Below are positions 13,256 to 25,100 of a stretch of DNA of 64,000 nucleotides, piece after piece. Both the position numbers and the translations under genes were made by a program. Each line of letters begins with the position of its first letter. Position 1 is the stretch's first letter. The notes under the pieces were generated by a model. That model did not search any database, was not told the DNA's origin, and saw nothing but the letters and a program-made list of their open reading frames with translations. The stretch comes from Okamejei kenojei (lineage: Eukaryota): positions 36,208,001 to 36,272,000 of the forward strand of contig CM069159.1 in NCBI GenBank assembly GCA_035221665.1, given 5' to 3'.

Positions 13256-13489
13256 AGCTATCCCTGGATCCCATGCAATCATTCCGTCCAGAGCAGCTAT
13301 CATGCGGAGCCTAATCAAAGGCCTTGCTGAAGGAAGTCGAGGATCCGATTGCAGAGGGATGCGTAGAGACCCAGATCTGAGAGCTGGTTAACCAGCTTGG
13401 AGGGGATGATGGTTAGCTGTCCCTGGATCCCATGCAATCATTCCGTCCAGAGCAGCTATCATGCGGAGCCTAATCAAAGGCCTTGCTGA
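13172..13489. repeat. 159-bp tandem duplication (2 copies, 1 mismatch)
   Basis: 13172-13330 repeated at 13331-13489; only gctatccc/gctgtccc differs. Confidence 0.95.
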
Positions 13490-13621
13490 AGTCCATATTG
13501 AAAAAGTCTACGGCCTTTCCCTAGTCAACTTTCACCATTACTTCAAAGAACACAAGCCAAACACCATCTCCTACATACAAAATCATGCATAGTATCCCTA
13601 TCAGCACCTGTTTATCCAAAT

Positions 13622-13650
13622 ATATAATAAAAATGTGTGTGTGTGTATAT

Positions 13651-13681
<31 letters not shown>

Positions 13682-13716
13682 CATACATACACACACACAC
13701 ACATTTTATATATATA
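13622..13716. repeat. Compound (TG)n-(TA)n-(CA)n microsatellite forming an inverted repeat
   Basis: aaaatgtgtgtgtgtgtatat...atatacatacatacacacacacacacatttt. Confidence 0.9.
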
Positions 13717-13994
13717 TCTTGTTCGTAATATTGATATAATTTTGTTTACAGTGCTTATACCCCAAAATTGAATTAAATCAGAATTTATTTAAAAAGTGGA
13801 TCTATTTCAACTAGGCAAAAAAGTACATCTTCCACATTAGGAACATTGAATTCTGCCTGGGTAACAGCCTGTTTTTCATGTGTGACTGCTTCAAGTGCAT
13901 CTTAACTATAACTATAACTATAAATATTTACTCTTATTAAGGTGAAGATATTAATATACAATTGTGGATGGACCTATTCCTTTTTGGAAAAAAA

Positions 13995-14400
13995 TTCTGG
14001 AGTAATTTAGCAGGTCAGGCAGCATCTCAGGAGGACATGGATTGGTAATGTTCTGGGTCAACTCTAAGTGCTGAAGTGGGTGAGAGATGCTTTGGATGTG
14101 TGTCAGAAGGGTCTGGTCAAGTGAGGACAAAATATAGGTAGAGGTAGATCAGTACTGGATAGGGGACCTATGAGATTGGAGGCTGTAGTAGGGAGATTGC
14201 CAGAGGTGACGAGATCTGTAATGGTCTTGGAGATGGTGGCCTGCTGTCTGTCTGTAGCGTCATGGTCAAGGAGCAGGTATGAGCGAGGCGCCTGGCCTCA
14301 GCACGGTACAGATCAGTCTGCCAGACTACAGCAAATCTCTCGTCGGTGGGTTGCAACAATATTGGGGCTGTTAGTGAGTGGATCATTGTTTTTCCTCACT
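13995..14400 (-). mobile_element. Penelope-like retroelement remnant (RT N-terminal fragment plus terminal repeat)
   Basis: Minus strand reads QPTDERFAVVWQTDLYRAEARR, then LDHD...QQATISKTITDLVTSGNLPTTASNLI (PLE 'KPADKGGAVVVW' region), followed on the same strand by the short repeat family (13995-14062). Confidence 0.75.
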
Positions 14401-15569
14401 TAGGATGATGGGATAATGCAAGCAATTATTTTATTCATTGGATAGCTCGATAAGGAACTGAAAGAAAGGAATTGCAGGGTTATGGGAGTGGGGCATGCTT
14501 GATTGCTCTTCTGCTGGCTTCCTTCCATGCTGTAACCATTCTGTGAATTTTCCCCTCTCCTCAGCAACCCAACAATCATTTTCTGTAACTTTTTGTCAGT
14601 TATTTGTCTGCTAAATCAGTAGTAAGCTTACTCGGCTGTTGATTGGTCCCAAGTTATTCAAGATAATGTGACACCAGGCAATTTTACACATTAAGTTTTG
14701 TGAATTTCTTAAGCTGTTGTTGTATTTAGTCCATTGCTGTTATTTATAGCCATTTAGTTGCATAAATATATATCTGGCCACGCCCTCAGAATATGTGGTA
14801 TTATGTGGCTTAACTTGGAATCATGTGACATAACGGGGAAAAGGTTATAAACAAATGCAACATTGAGATTTTAAACAGGGGAATACAATCAGGTAAAATC
14901 AGAAATAAACTTTGGCAAATAAAAATTTGTAACACATAGATAATACTAAAACCATGTAATTCAGTAAAATATGCTAGGTAATCTACCCAAACCTGCAGTT
15001 CACATTTTTAGCTGCCAATTTCAATGTTTTTTCTCTACAATGCTTGTGGATTTAGTATGTTATAGAAAATTAAAAAAACCTTGTGTCTACAGAATAGATT
15101 TGAGTTGGAACAGGAAAATATGACCATTTCTCTTTGTATCACAGTGGCTTGTACTTGCAAAATAATAGGATTTTCCCACTGGCAAGGTGTCGTTTTTAAA
15201 AAGAAAATCTCTTGCACTCTGCACAAACTGTTGACTGCACCTATTAAACTAGAATAGCAGCAATCATACGGTTGGTTTCAATTTTATAGTTGAAGGCCAT
15301 GTATGCTTTCTTCAAGATGGTGCTACTGAATAGTATCCAAGAACAGCAATTTTCTAAACTGAATTTGGAAAGGAAGATGACTCTTGCAAACCTTTGGCCA
15401 TTTCAAATCTCTTCACAAATGATTAATATCTGATTTGAAGTATACGGTCATACCTGGATTGCTCATCATGACAAAACTACACAGGCTGGAAATATATCAA
15501 TGAGCAAAATGCATAATGCTAGTGAATTGGAAGCTACTATAAAGGTGAGGAACCTGTCTAACCAATGAA

Positions 15570-15920
15570 AAGGTGGATATATAAAAATTATAAGAGGCAT
15601 TATATATAGGGTAGACGGTCAGAATCTTTTTTCCAGGATGGAAAAATCAAATACTAGAGGGCATAGATTTAAGGTGAGAGGAGCAAAGTTTAAAGGAGTT
15701 GAGAGTTATTTTAGAGGGTGGTGAGTGCTTGGAAAGTGCTGCCGGGTGTGGTGGTTGAAGCAGATCTGTTAGTGGCATTTAAATGACTTTTGGATAGGTA
15801 TATGGATATGGAGGGATATGGGTTATGTGCAGGTAAATAAGTGTTGGTCTTGGCATCATGTTCAGCACAGACATTGTGGGCCGAAGAGCCTGTTCTTTTC
15901 CAATACTGTTCTATGTTCTA
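15570..15920 (+). mobile_element. CR1 LINE 3' fragment
   Basis: YKIIRG..RVD.QNLF.RMEKSNTRGHRFKVRGAKFKG, RVVSAW; tail gtgggccgaagagcctgtt...ctgttctatgttcta. Confidence 0.85.
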
Positions 15921-16044
15921 CGCTTGGACTCTGCCAAACAATCCAACAGTTATACAAAGTTGTTACCATTAAAATTCATCCAAGTGAAATCAGCATTTAT
16001 AAAATGTGGATATTCTGATTTTTTTTTAAATTATTTTCTTTCAG

Positions 16045-16123
16045 GATGAACAGTTTTTGGGTTTCTGCTCGGATGATAACAGTGTACGAAGCCCTGCAAG
16101 GTGTAATTTCAGAGCCCTGCGAG
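16045..16123 (+). CDS. KMT2A: KMT2A exon 2 (LEDGF integrase-binding-motif region)
   Basis: ttttctttcag|GAT GAA CAG TTT TTG GGT TTC = DEQFLGFCSDDNSVRSPARCNFRALR; donor GAG|gtaatt; ends in phase 1, matching exon 3 start. Confidence 0.88.
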
Positions 16124-19100
16124 GTAATTGTCATCTTTTCTACATATTATATTAACATAATGCATCGACCTTCAAAGTATAAACAGTAAAGTATGTTTTG
16201 AATTTAGGATTTAATTTCTAACGCTCAAGTTAGAAAATTTAAATCATTTCCTAATGTTCCTTTGTTTTCTGCTTGATGCAGATCCTGATTACTACTGAGT
16301 AAAATCTCATAAGTATCAGCAGCTCACACTGATGCTTACAAAATTTTTCAAGCAGAGACCAAAGGAACATTAGGAAGTGATATAAACTGTATAGCTTTAC
16401 AAAAATGAGACTGCATTTGGTTTCTGAATGTCTGTTTTCTAATGTTGCGACCACATAAGTACTTGAAATTTCAAGCACAGTTTTGATATTGCAACTTCAG
16501 GAATTCAGGTTAAATACAACTATCATAGCCTCTGCAAATTTATGGCAACAGTTATCAAACACAAATAGACTTTCCACCTTTTGATTTCACAATTTCCTAA
16601 CTATGCCTTCTAAACGTAAATCAGGAATTGTTTGTGCGGTCGCTTAAACACCACTATTCAGGATTATCAATGTTGGAAGTAGTTGTGTGTTTGAGGACAT
16701 TTTATAAAGCCCAGCTCCAACATATTGCTGACATTTGGTGAGGGATATAGCATAATTTTCAGGTTGCCATTGGAATCATTCACAGTGGTTGCTGCACTCG
16801 TGTTATAGGGGATAAATGTAATTACTCTAAGCACTTGACTCCTGTTAAACTTAAACACAGTGGTTATAAATCTTTGGAATTTGACACATGCCGTTTTTTG
16901 AGGTTGCATCTTGGATATACTTTTTACATTTTGTCTCTGGAACTAAATAAAATGGAATTGCTGTTGGTTTATTAGTGTCATGTGCTCCAAGATAGGGGGC
17001 AAAATCTCATTTCCTAACCAGGTTATTCATAGCGTACGTGAGTACATCAGGTTGTGCAAAAGTTAAGAGTGCAGAATATCATGTTACAACAACATAGAAA
17101 ATGCAAATATTTTTAAAACGTGCAAGGGCCACGGTGAGGTAGATAGGGCTTCATTCATATCGTATGAGAAGTTCTCTCAAGAATTTGATACCGGGGGAAG
17201 AAGCAGTTCTGGATTCTGATGGTATGTGCTTTCCAGGAAGGAAGAGAGAAATGACCTGGGTGTGAATGGTCCTACATGATATTGGCTACTTTGTCGAGGT
17301 GCAGTGTGAAATACAGGTGAAGTTGATGGTGGGGAGTCTGGTTTGTGTGATGGACTGTGCTGCAACTCTACAATTTTTTGGGGTCTTTGCATAGCAGTTG
17401 CCCTACCATTTAGTGATGCGTCTAGACTATAAATCGCTTGTAGGAATTGGTAAGAATTGGTGACATGCTGAATTTCCCTTGCCCTCTGAGGAAGGAGAAG
17501 CGTTGATGTGCTTTCTTGCTACTTGATACTTTCAAGAGAGAGCTAGATAGGGCTCTTAAAGATAGCGGAGTCAGGAGATAATGGGAGAAGGCAGGAACGC
17601 AGTACTGATTGGGGATGATCAACCATGATCACATTGAATGGTGGTGATGGCTCGAAGGGCCGAATGGCCTACTCCTGCATCTATTGTCTATTAGCTGCAG
17701 CATCAATGTGGTTGGACCAGGATGAATTGTTAGTGATATTTACACCCAGGAACTGAAGCTTTGGACCAGCTCCTCTTCAGCGCTATTGATTCAGACTGGG
17801 ATCTGTACTCCACCCTGCTTCCGGAAATCGACGACTAGCTTCTTTGTTTTGTTAACATTGAGGGAGAGGTTGTTATCTTGGCAAGTTCGCTATCTGCTTT
17901 CTGTATTTTGTCTTGTTATCTACCAACTATCTATCGTTGCTTGGGAAAATAGATTTTGAGCAGCTAGTGGTTAGTATTAAGAGTAGGATTACATTGGTAA
18001 CTTCCACTAATCGAGTAGGTTTTAATATTGGAACAAGACATGATTCTGACTACACCTGACTGAATTTAACGTAGTTTTTTGAATGACAACTTTGTCATTA
18101 CCATTGTGATGGATATCCCATCAAATCCATAATCTGCTCTTGCATTATCTGTAACTCCATCTCCTTAATATCTATAGGATCTGACATATTTGCAGCAAGA
18201 GTAAATAGTTTTTTGTGATCTATTTTCATGTGCAATTTCCCACAAATCTGACCTTTGCCGCAATGATTTAATTTGTTGACACAGTGATGTGTCTTCATGT
18301 ATATTTGTATCCTGGATTACCTTTTTGTCACTCCTAATTATCGTGCCAGTACTTCAAATAGCTAGACTGCGATAAATGAGTTGCATCTTTCAATGCTAAA
18401 GCAGAGGGATAGAACCGGATGGTTAAACTCTTCGTCTTTGCCATTGGTTCTCTTCCTAAATTTCTGTAGTCTCACTGTGTCAACATAGCACAGTACAGCA
18501 GCGGAACGGGCCTTTCGGCCCACAATATTTGTACCAAACATGATGCCAAGTTAAACTGATCCTATCTGCCTCTACATGATCTATATCCCATCATTCCCTG
18601 CGCTTCCGTGTGTCTAAAACACTTTTAAACGCCACTATCGTATCTGTCTCCACCACCACCCCTGGCAATGCCTTCCAGGCACCCACCACTATCTGTTAAA
18701 ATAACTTGTCCAGCACATCACCATTAAACGTTCTTACTCTCGCCTTATAGCTATACCTGCTTTTGTTGGAGATTTCCACACTTGGATAAAGGTTCTCATA
18801 ATTTTATTTATTTCTATTATCTCCCCTCAACCATCATTCTGCAGAAAACAATCCCAAGTCTATCCAACCTCTCCTTGTAGCTGAAAGCCTCTAATCCAAG
18901 CAGCATTGCGGTAAATCTCTGCACCCTCTCCAAAGCCACTGCATCTTTCCTGTAATGGGGCTACAAGAACTGCATGCAATGCTCCAAAAGTGGCCTAATC
19001 AAAGTCTTATCGAGCTACATCATGACTTTGACTTTTATAATCAATACAATGAAGGCAAGCATACCATACACCTTTATTACATCCTGCCTATTTGTGCTGC

Positions 19101-22100
19101 CATCTTCAGTGAGTTATGATGGCTCCAAGATCCCTCTGTACATCAATGCTGTAAAGGATCTTGCCATTCACTGTGTACTTTTCCCTTGCATTCAAGCTCC
19201 CAAAGTGCAACACCTCACACTTGCTTGGGTGAAGCTCCATCTGCCATTTCTCTGCCCATGTCTGCAGCTGATCTACATCTGAGAGCCTTTCTCATTGTCT
19301 ATTTCCTCCAATTTTGCTGTCGCAAGCAAATTTACTCACCAACCTATCTACGTTTATATCCAAGTCATTTATATATAAACCAGAATTAAATTTTGACTGA
19401 ACATTTGGTCATTTCCATGAAATTTCTTGCCATGGTTCACCATTTTATTTTTGTTTTCATTCTTGTATCATTAAAATTAGTTGGATCATTTTCTGCTGTT
19501 AATTCATAAGTAAATTATAGGCAGTTATTGAACAAATAGCATAAACCAATGGCTCGGGTGTTACAGGATTTCATTGAATTTATGTGTGCACGGATAGAAG
19601 TAGCTTTTGATCAGTGTTTTTAATTCAATTTGCGCTTGTATGGTTTACCTGGTAGCTGTATTGTTTATAATTCAACAGCAACAAGTTTGGACAAAGTTCC
19701 CTTGATATCATTACCTCAGAGTTGGGTAACTTGTGCAACATACAACAAAAGGCTGTTACCGGGGATAAACATAAATTCATAGGTATTGCCATTTGAGCTT
19801 TCTGCGTGGCACACAAGGTTCTGATGTGCACACAGAATGGATCATGAAGACAAAAAGATCAGTGACATTTGTGATCTTTTAACCTGGGAAAATCTTATAT
19901 CATCCAATTGGGTTGATCGTCTGTGCTACAGGAATGGATCCTTGTGCTACAGGAATGGATTATTTCAATGCACTATTGGGGCTTCCCATCAAGAAGAAGG
20001 ATGTTTCTAAAATCTGTCCATGCATTTAAATGTTATAGTGAGTCAACTATTGTGAATTTGCAAACATCTGATGTAAGTTAATACATGTAAAATTCTGAAA
20101 ATAATTAATTAGAAAGCATTTTCCCCCTTAAATTGTTGATATGAACCAGAAAGGTGCAACACTAATTTCAAGGCAACTCTGTCGATGATTGGTCGCCACT
20201 GACATAAATGTCTGAGAATGGAACAGATTTCCAAGCAAATCTATATTGTATGTAATTCCACAGGATCCTGTTTTTACAAAATCATAGAATAATGTGATCC
20301 AGAATAAGGCCATTTGGCAATTGTTCCTGGTGTTAGAATATGTAAGTAAGGTAGAACCTTGCAATTAATTTTGTCTAAAAGATTGCTGAGAAAATAGGTT
20401 AATACACAAAGAGACTTCCAAAAATGCTGAAACAGCTGAAGAGGGAGATTTGTGAGGAAATTCCAGCTCTAACAGACTACTGATAAGGAACATTTCTAAA
20501 GATGGCTGTTCAAAGCACATCTGGGCAGATTCAATGAGAATCAAACTATTGATGGAATTGTGGGTATTAATCAAAAGGCTCTAAAAGCCATGCATTTTCA
20601 CATTTTTAAATAAAACAAAATTGTTGAGTTAACCAAGCAGTCATTTGAGGCTTTTGAGACAAAACCTGAACCCTTGATGTCAGAGTAAAACTTTCAGACA
20701 GGACTGTTGGAGGAGAAAGGTGATTCTAGACTTTTCTCAGGGGTGCATTTAGGCATCTTCTGCATAAGCTCTTCTGCCTGACTTTAAAACTGGGTAATGT
20801 AGCGTGATGCCTGAGTGTGTTGGGAACCATGACTTGAATTTTAACCTTGTATCCCTGAACTATATTGGTGTCAGTTTGTACAGGTAATTTTAAAAGGGGC
20901 CATCAAAATGTAATATGGTCAGATGTATATGCTGTGATGTGGACCAAGGGACCATGAATGTTCATAATCATCTTCCACTTTGTTCATTACTGCCCCTGTC
21001 CTTCTGACCCTGGCTACCAACATCCTGCTGCAAACTGCAGATTGATCTCTCCCTGCAATTAACATCATTAAAATGTTCCAGTATTGCAACTTCAATTATC
21101 AATTGTCATCTTCTATACCGACTTTCAACAGCTCTGAAGGCTCTAGTTGCCTTTATTATTTTATCTAAATGTGATAGGTTCTTGCCTTAATTTACGTGAT
21201 AAGTAAAATATTTCTGTTCAAATCATATTACTTACTCACCTGGGGAGTGGCGGGAGAATGGGGTTAAGAGGGAGAGATAGTTCAGCAATGGCGGAGAATA
21301 CTTGATGGGCCGAATGGCCTAATTCTGCTCCTATCATTTTATGACCTTGGCTGCTTACTTCTGATTTTGGGGACATTTACAACTTATGTTTATGTTGTAT
21401 TTACAGCACTGGTGTGTAATTAGTGCTGCACTGGTTGTAGACAAAATTAATTACATTGATTAGATTGCAATGGTTTTTTACTATTTCTAATTTAAAATTA
21501 TCTTTAATTTATAGTTGAATCTCCTCAAAGGAAGCTTCGGGGAAGACAACGGACATTTTCTTCGCAAAGCTCGGATGTATTATCAGATTCATCCTCTGCA
21601 CTGTCACCTCCAAACAAGGGTGAGTCGAAGCCTGTTGATAAAGAAAAGAAGCAAGAATTAAACACCAGTGAGAGGAAGAGGGGTCGGCCTCCAGTGTTGA
21701 GCAATCCAAAGCTTCACGTTGCACAAGATAAGAAAGAAACAACAAATGGGAAAACAGAGAAACAAAAAAATGAAAAAGAAAAGAAAGAGAAGAAGAAACC
21801 AGCATTATTGCAGCAGGTGACAAAAATAAAGAAACTGCGAGTAGTTAAACTGTCACCTTTGCAGTCCAAATTGAAGAAAGCTAAACTACAGATTAATAGC
21901 AATGGAGGAAAGATTGAACGGAAGAGAGGGAGGCCACCATCTTCGGAACGTTTAAAGACTGTTCCAAAACTCCTTGTTCCAACACAAACTAAGAAACAAA
22001 AGAGGCTATGCAAGGAGAAAGATGGAACATCAACACAAAAGTCGTCCCGTGACAAAAGAGATGAAGTCTTCTGTCAGACAGAGGCCCCGCAGGATAACCA

Positions 22101-25100
22101 AGCCAGTCAGAGTTGTTCCTGTCACTAAAAGGACTGATGCAGCTATTGCAAAACAGCTCTTACAGAGAGCCAAAAAAGGAGCACAGAAGCGCATGGCTTC
22201 ACCTCAACTGAAAAATATTCGTCAGTTTATCATGCCAGTCATCAGTGCCATTTCTTCAAGGATAATTAAGACTCCAAAAAGATTTATTGAAGATGACAGC
22301 TATGTACCTCCTGTCAAAGCTCCACGCCTAGAGTCAACTCCAACTAGTCGGTTCAGCTCAATATCTTGTGGGTCTAGTGAGAAGTCTAGTGCTGTTTCAC
22401 AGCATTCTTCACAAATGTCTTCTGATTCTTCGAGATCAAGCAGCCCCAGTGTTACCTCCACTGATTCACAGGTATCTGATGAATTGCAGACTCTTCCTGA
22501 AGTACCAACTCAGTCTCCAGATTTGCACAGTTGTTTAAATGCCTCACAGTCCAGTGAACCAGGAGGGGCAGATAAAAAAGGTCACCGATTTTCAATGCCA
22601 GAAAGAAGCAATGCTACAAGCAAGAAATTGCCAACTTCTTCCCCACAGCCAACATCCTCATCTCCACCACCACCATTGCTTTCTCCTCCTCCTCCCCTAC
22701 AGCAAACCTCAAACGTATCTGATCATTCTCCCTGGCTGATGCCTCCAACCATACCATTCATTTCACCACCAACAGGCTTGCCAGAAAAACGGAAGTCTAT
22801 CTTAAGAGAACCAACATTCAAATGGACATCTCTGAAAAACTTGAGGCCAGAATCGCATCAGTATTTCTCCTCAGCAAAGTACGCCAAAGAAGGACTTATT
22901 CGCAAGCCAATATTTGATAACTTCATAACGTCACCACTAACCCCTGAAGATGTTGGTTTGTCAACCAGGTTTCATTCATCTCCCAGCACACCACCACCAC
23001 CTCGACTTTTCTCCTCACTTCATCCTGCCTCCAGGTTTGATACTCACAAAAGAAGTCCACTGCTCCGCGCTCCGCGATTCACTCCTAGTGAAGCCCACTC
23101 CAGGATTTTTGAGTCTGTTACTGTATCACCACGAAATCTGCTTCGATCTTCAGTTTCTTCCTCGGGTAAAGGGCATTCTTCTAAAAGGAAGAACAAAGAG
23201 TTGCATATTTCAAGCCGTATTGATCCAAAATCTCCGTCACACTCCATGAGAACCAGAAGTGGGCGACTAATATCTGCTGATCTATCACCTATCACTCCAC
23301 AGACACCCGTAACGTCCTCATCTCCTGTAAGCTCCATAATAACTGGTGCCTTAACTCCCCCTCTTGGTAGTTTGGTGCAATCTGAAGGAACAGCAAAGGA
23401 TAAAGATGGTAGAACAAAGTTATCATCTCGACAGACCAGCACTCCAGGGGACAGCTTCTCTGCAGACTCGTCCAGTCCAACATCTCCATTGTATCCATCA
23501 GTCACATCCAGTGCTCAAAAGGACAAAGGCAAAAGCAAGGATAGGCAAAGTGAAGGCATGGTCAAAGAGAGAGATTCTGAGAAAGGGTCAGAGAAAGACA
23601 GAGAACGAGATAAAGAAAAGGAAAATAAACGCGATTCAAGGAAAGAAAAGAAATTGCAAAGTAAAGGGGACAGAGCCTCAGAGTCCTACACCAATGTTCC
23701 TTTACCCAGTGGCAGTGGCTGAAGACCAAACTGTTGGAGAGGATGTGGTTGCCTCATCATCAGTGAAAAAGGTTTCAGGGAGAGCCAAAAGGTCGAATTC
23801 AACTGATAAAGGTGCAGGGAGTTTGGGAGATGGTTCTTCCTCAACACTTTCTGATGGGAAGAATAAAAACTCAAAGAAAGGCAGATTGGGAACTGAAGAG
23901 GTGGTGCCCGTAACTGGTGGGACAGAAAGCAGTACAGCTACATCCATAGGCAACAAAGACAAGCCTCCTCGACATCCTTCTATAACTTCTATGCTCTCAT
24001 CTGGCACTCTTAAGCATTCTGCACCTGCCATCAGTAGTATGTTAGCACAAGCAGACAAAATGCCAACAACTGATAAGCGAGTGGCAAACCTATTGAGAAA
24101 AGCTAAAGCACAGCTTTGCAAGATTGAAAAGAACAAATCGTTAAAAATTGCTAACCCAACAAAATCTCAGGTATGTACAACAAGGAACTGCAGTTGCTGG
24201 TTTACAAAAGAAAGACAAAATGCTGGAGTAACTCAGCAGGTCAGGCAGCATCTCTGGAGAACATGGGCAATGTTTCGTGTCGGGACCTTCAATCTGATTG
24301 TGATTGAGACGAACAAGAAACATGGAAGAAAGGAGAGACAGGACAAAACCTGGCACCTCCTCCACAATCAATCTGAAGACGGGTCCCCACCCAAAACGTC
24401 ACCTATCCATTTTCTCCAGAGTTGCTGCCTGATCTGATGAGTTATTCCAGCATTTAGTGCCAATCTTTGGTATAAGCCAGCATCTGCAGGTCCTTTTTAT
24501 TATATTAACTAGCTGTTCATGTTGTGTAAGTATTGCCTCTACCCCAAGGCATTCCAAAGCTCTCTACTCACTGAGATCTTGACAGCCCAGCATTTGGAAA
24601 GAGATAGAGTGCACTTTGCTTGAATAAATGTTTCCCATGGTTAGTAAGCGGTTATTCACTCAGACGCATAAAGGCAGCTTTTGCTAGATAGCACCATCTT
24701 ATCTTCTAACAAATCGGGAAGAGGCAGTTGTCCATGCTGATACTCGGAAGAAATTCCATTCTCCCTTCCTTATTTCCCTCTGCCCTGCAGCCAAGCATTG
24801 GATTCTGCCTTGCATTGAAGGACTTAGCCCAATTGGAATTATATTTCAATCAAATTGATGAAGGTGATTATAGGGAAAAGCTATTGTTGGAAGTATAATC
24901 CATTCTATTTAATTTGTTGTTTTTATAGTGTTTAAGAATGCTGGTATTCAAGCAATGTTGCAGCATCCTGTTTTCAACCAAATCTGGTTAAATGTTGCGT
25001 GAAATGCAGCAACACAGATTGCCTTGCTGGGTTAGTTAGGTATTGCTTTATATTTTGCAGCTATAAGTAGGCTTTGTATTCGGTCGCACACTGCCTGGTC

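Noticed and set aside
19921-19962. 21-bp tandem duplication (and ~37-bp one near 38670-38730)
   Set aside because: Ordinary slippage duplications with no further structure.
22030-23675. Programmed ribosomal frameshifting
   Set aside because: It would need two successive +1 shifts; no recognised +1 shift motif or adjacent stop codon is present at either site.
21509-24136. Minus-strand and alternative-frame ORFs over exon 3 (e.g. 23044-23505, 23702-24136)
   Set aside because: Shadow ORFs of a Ser/Pro/Lys-rich coding exon; no independent homology or splice structure seen.
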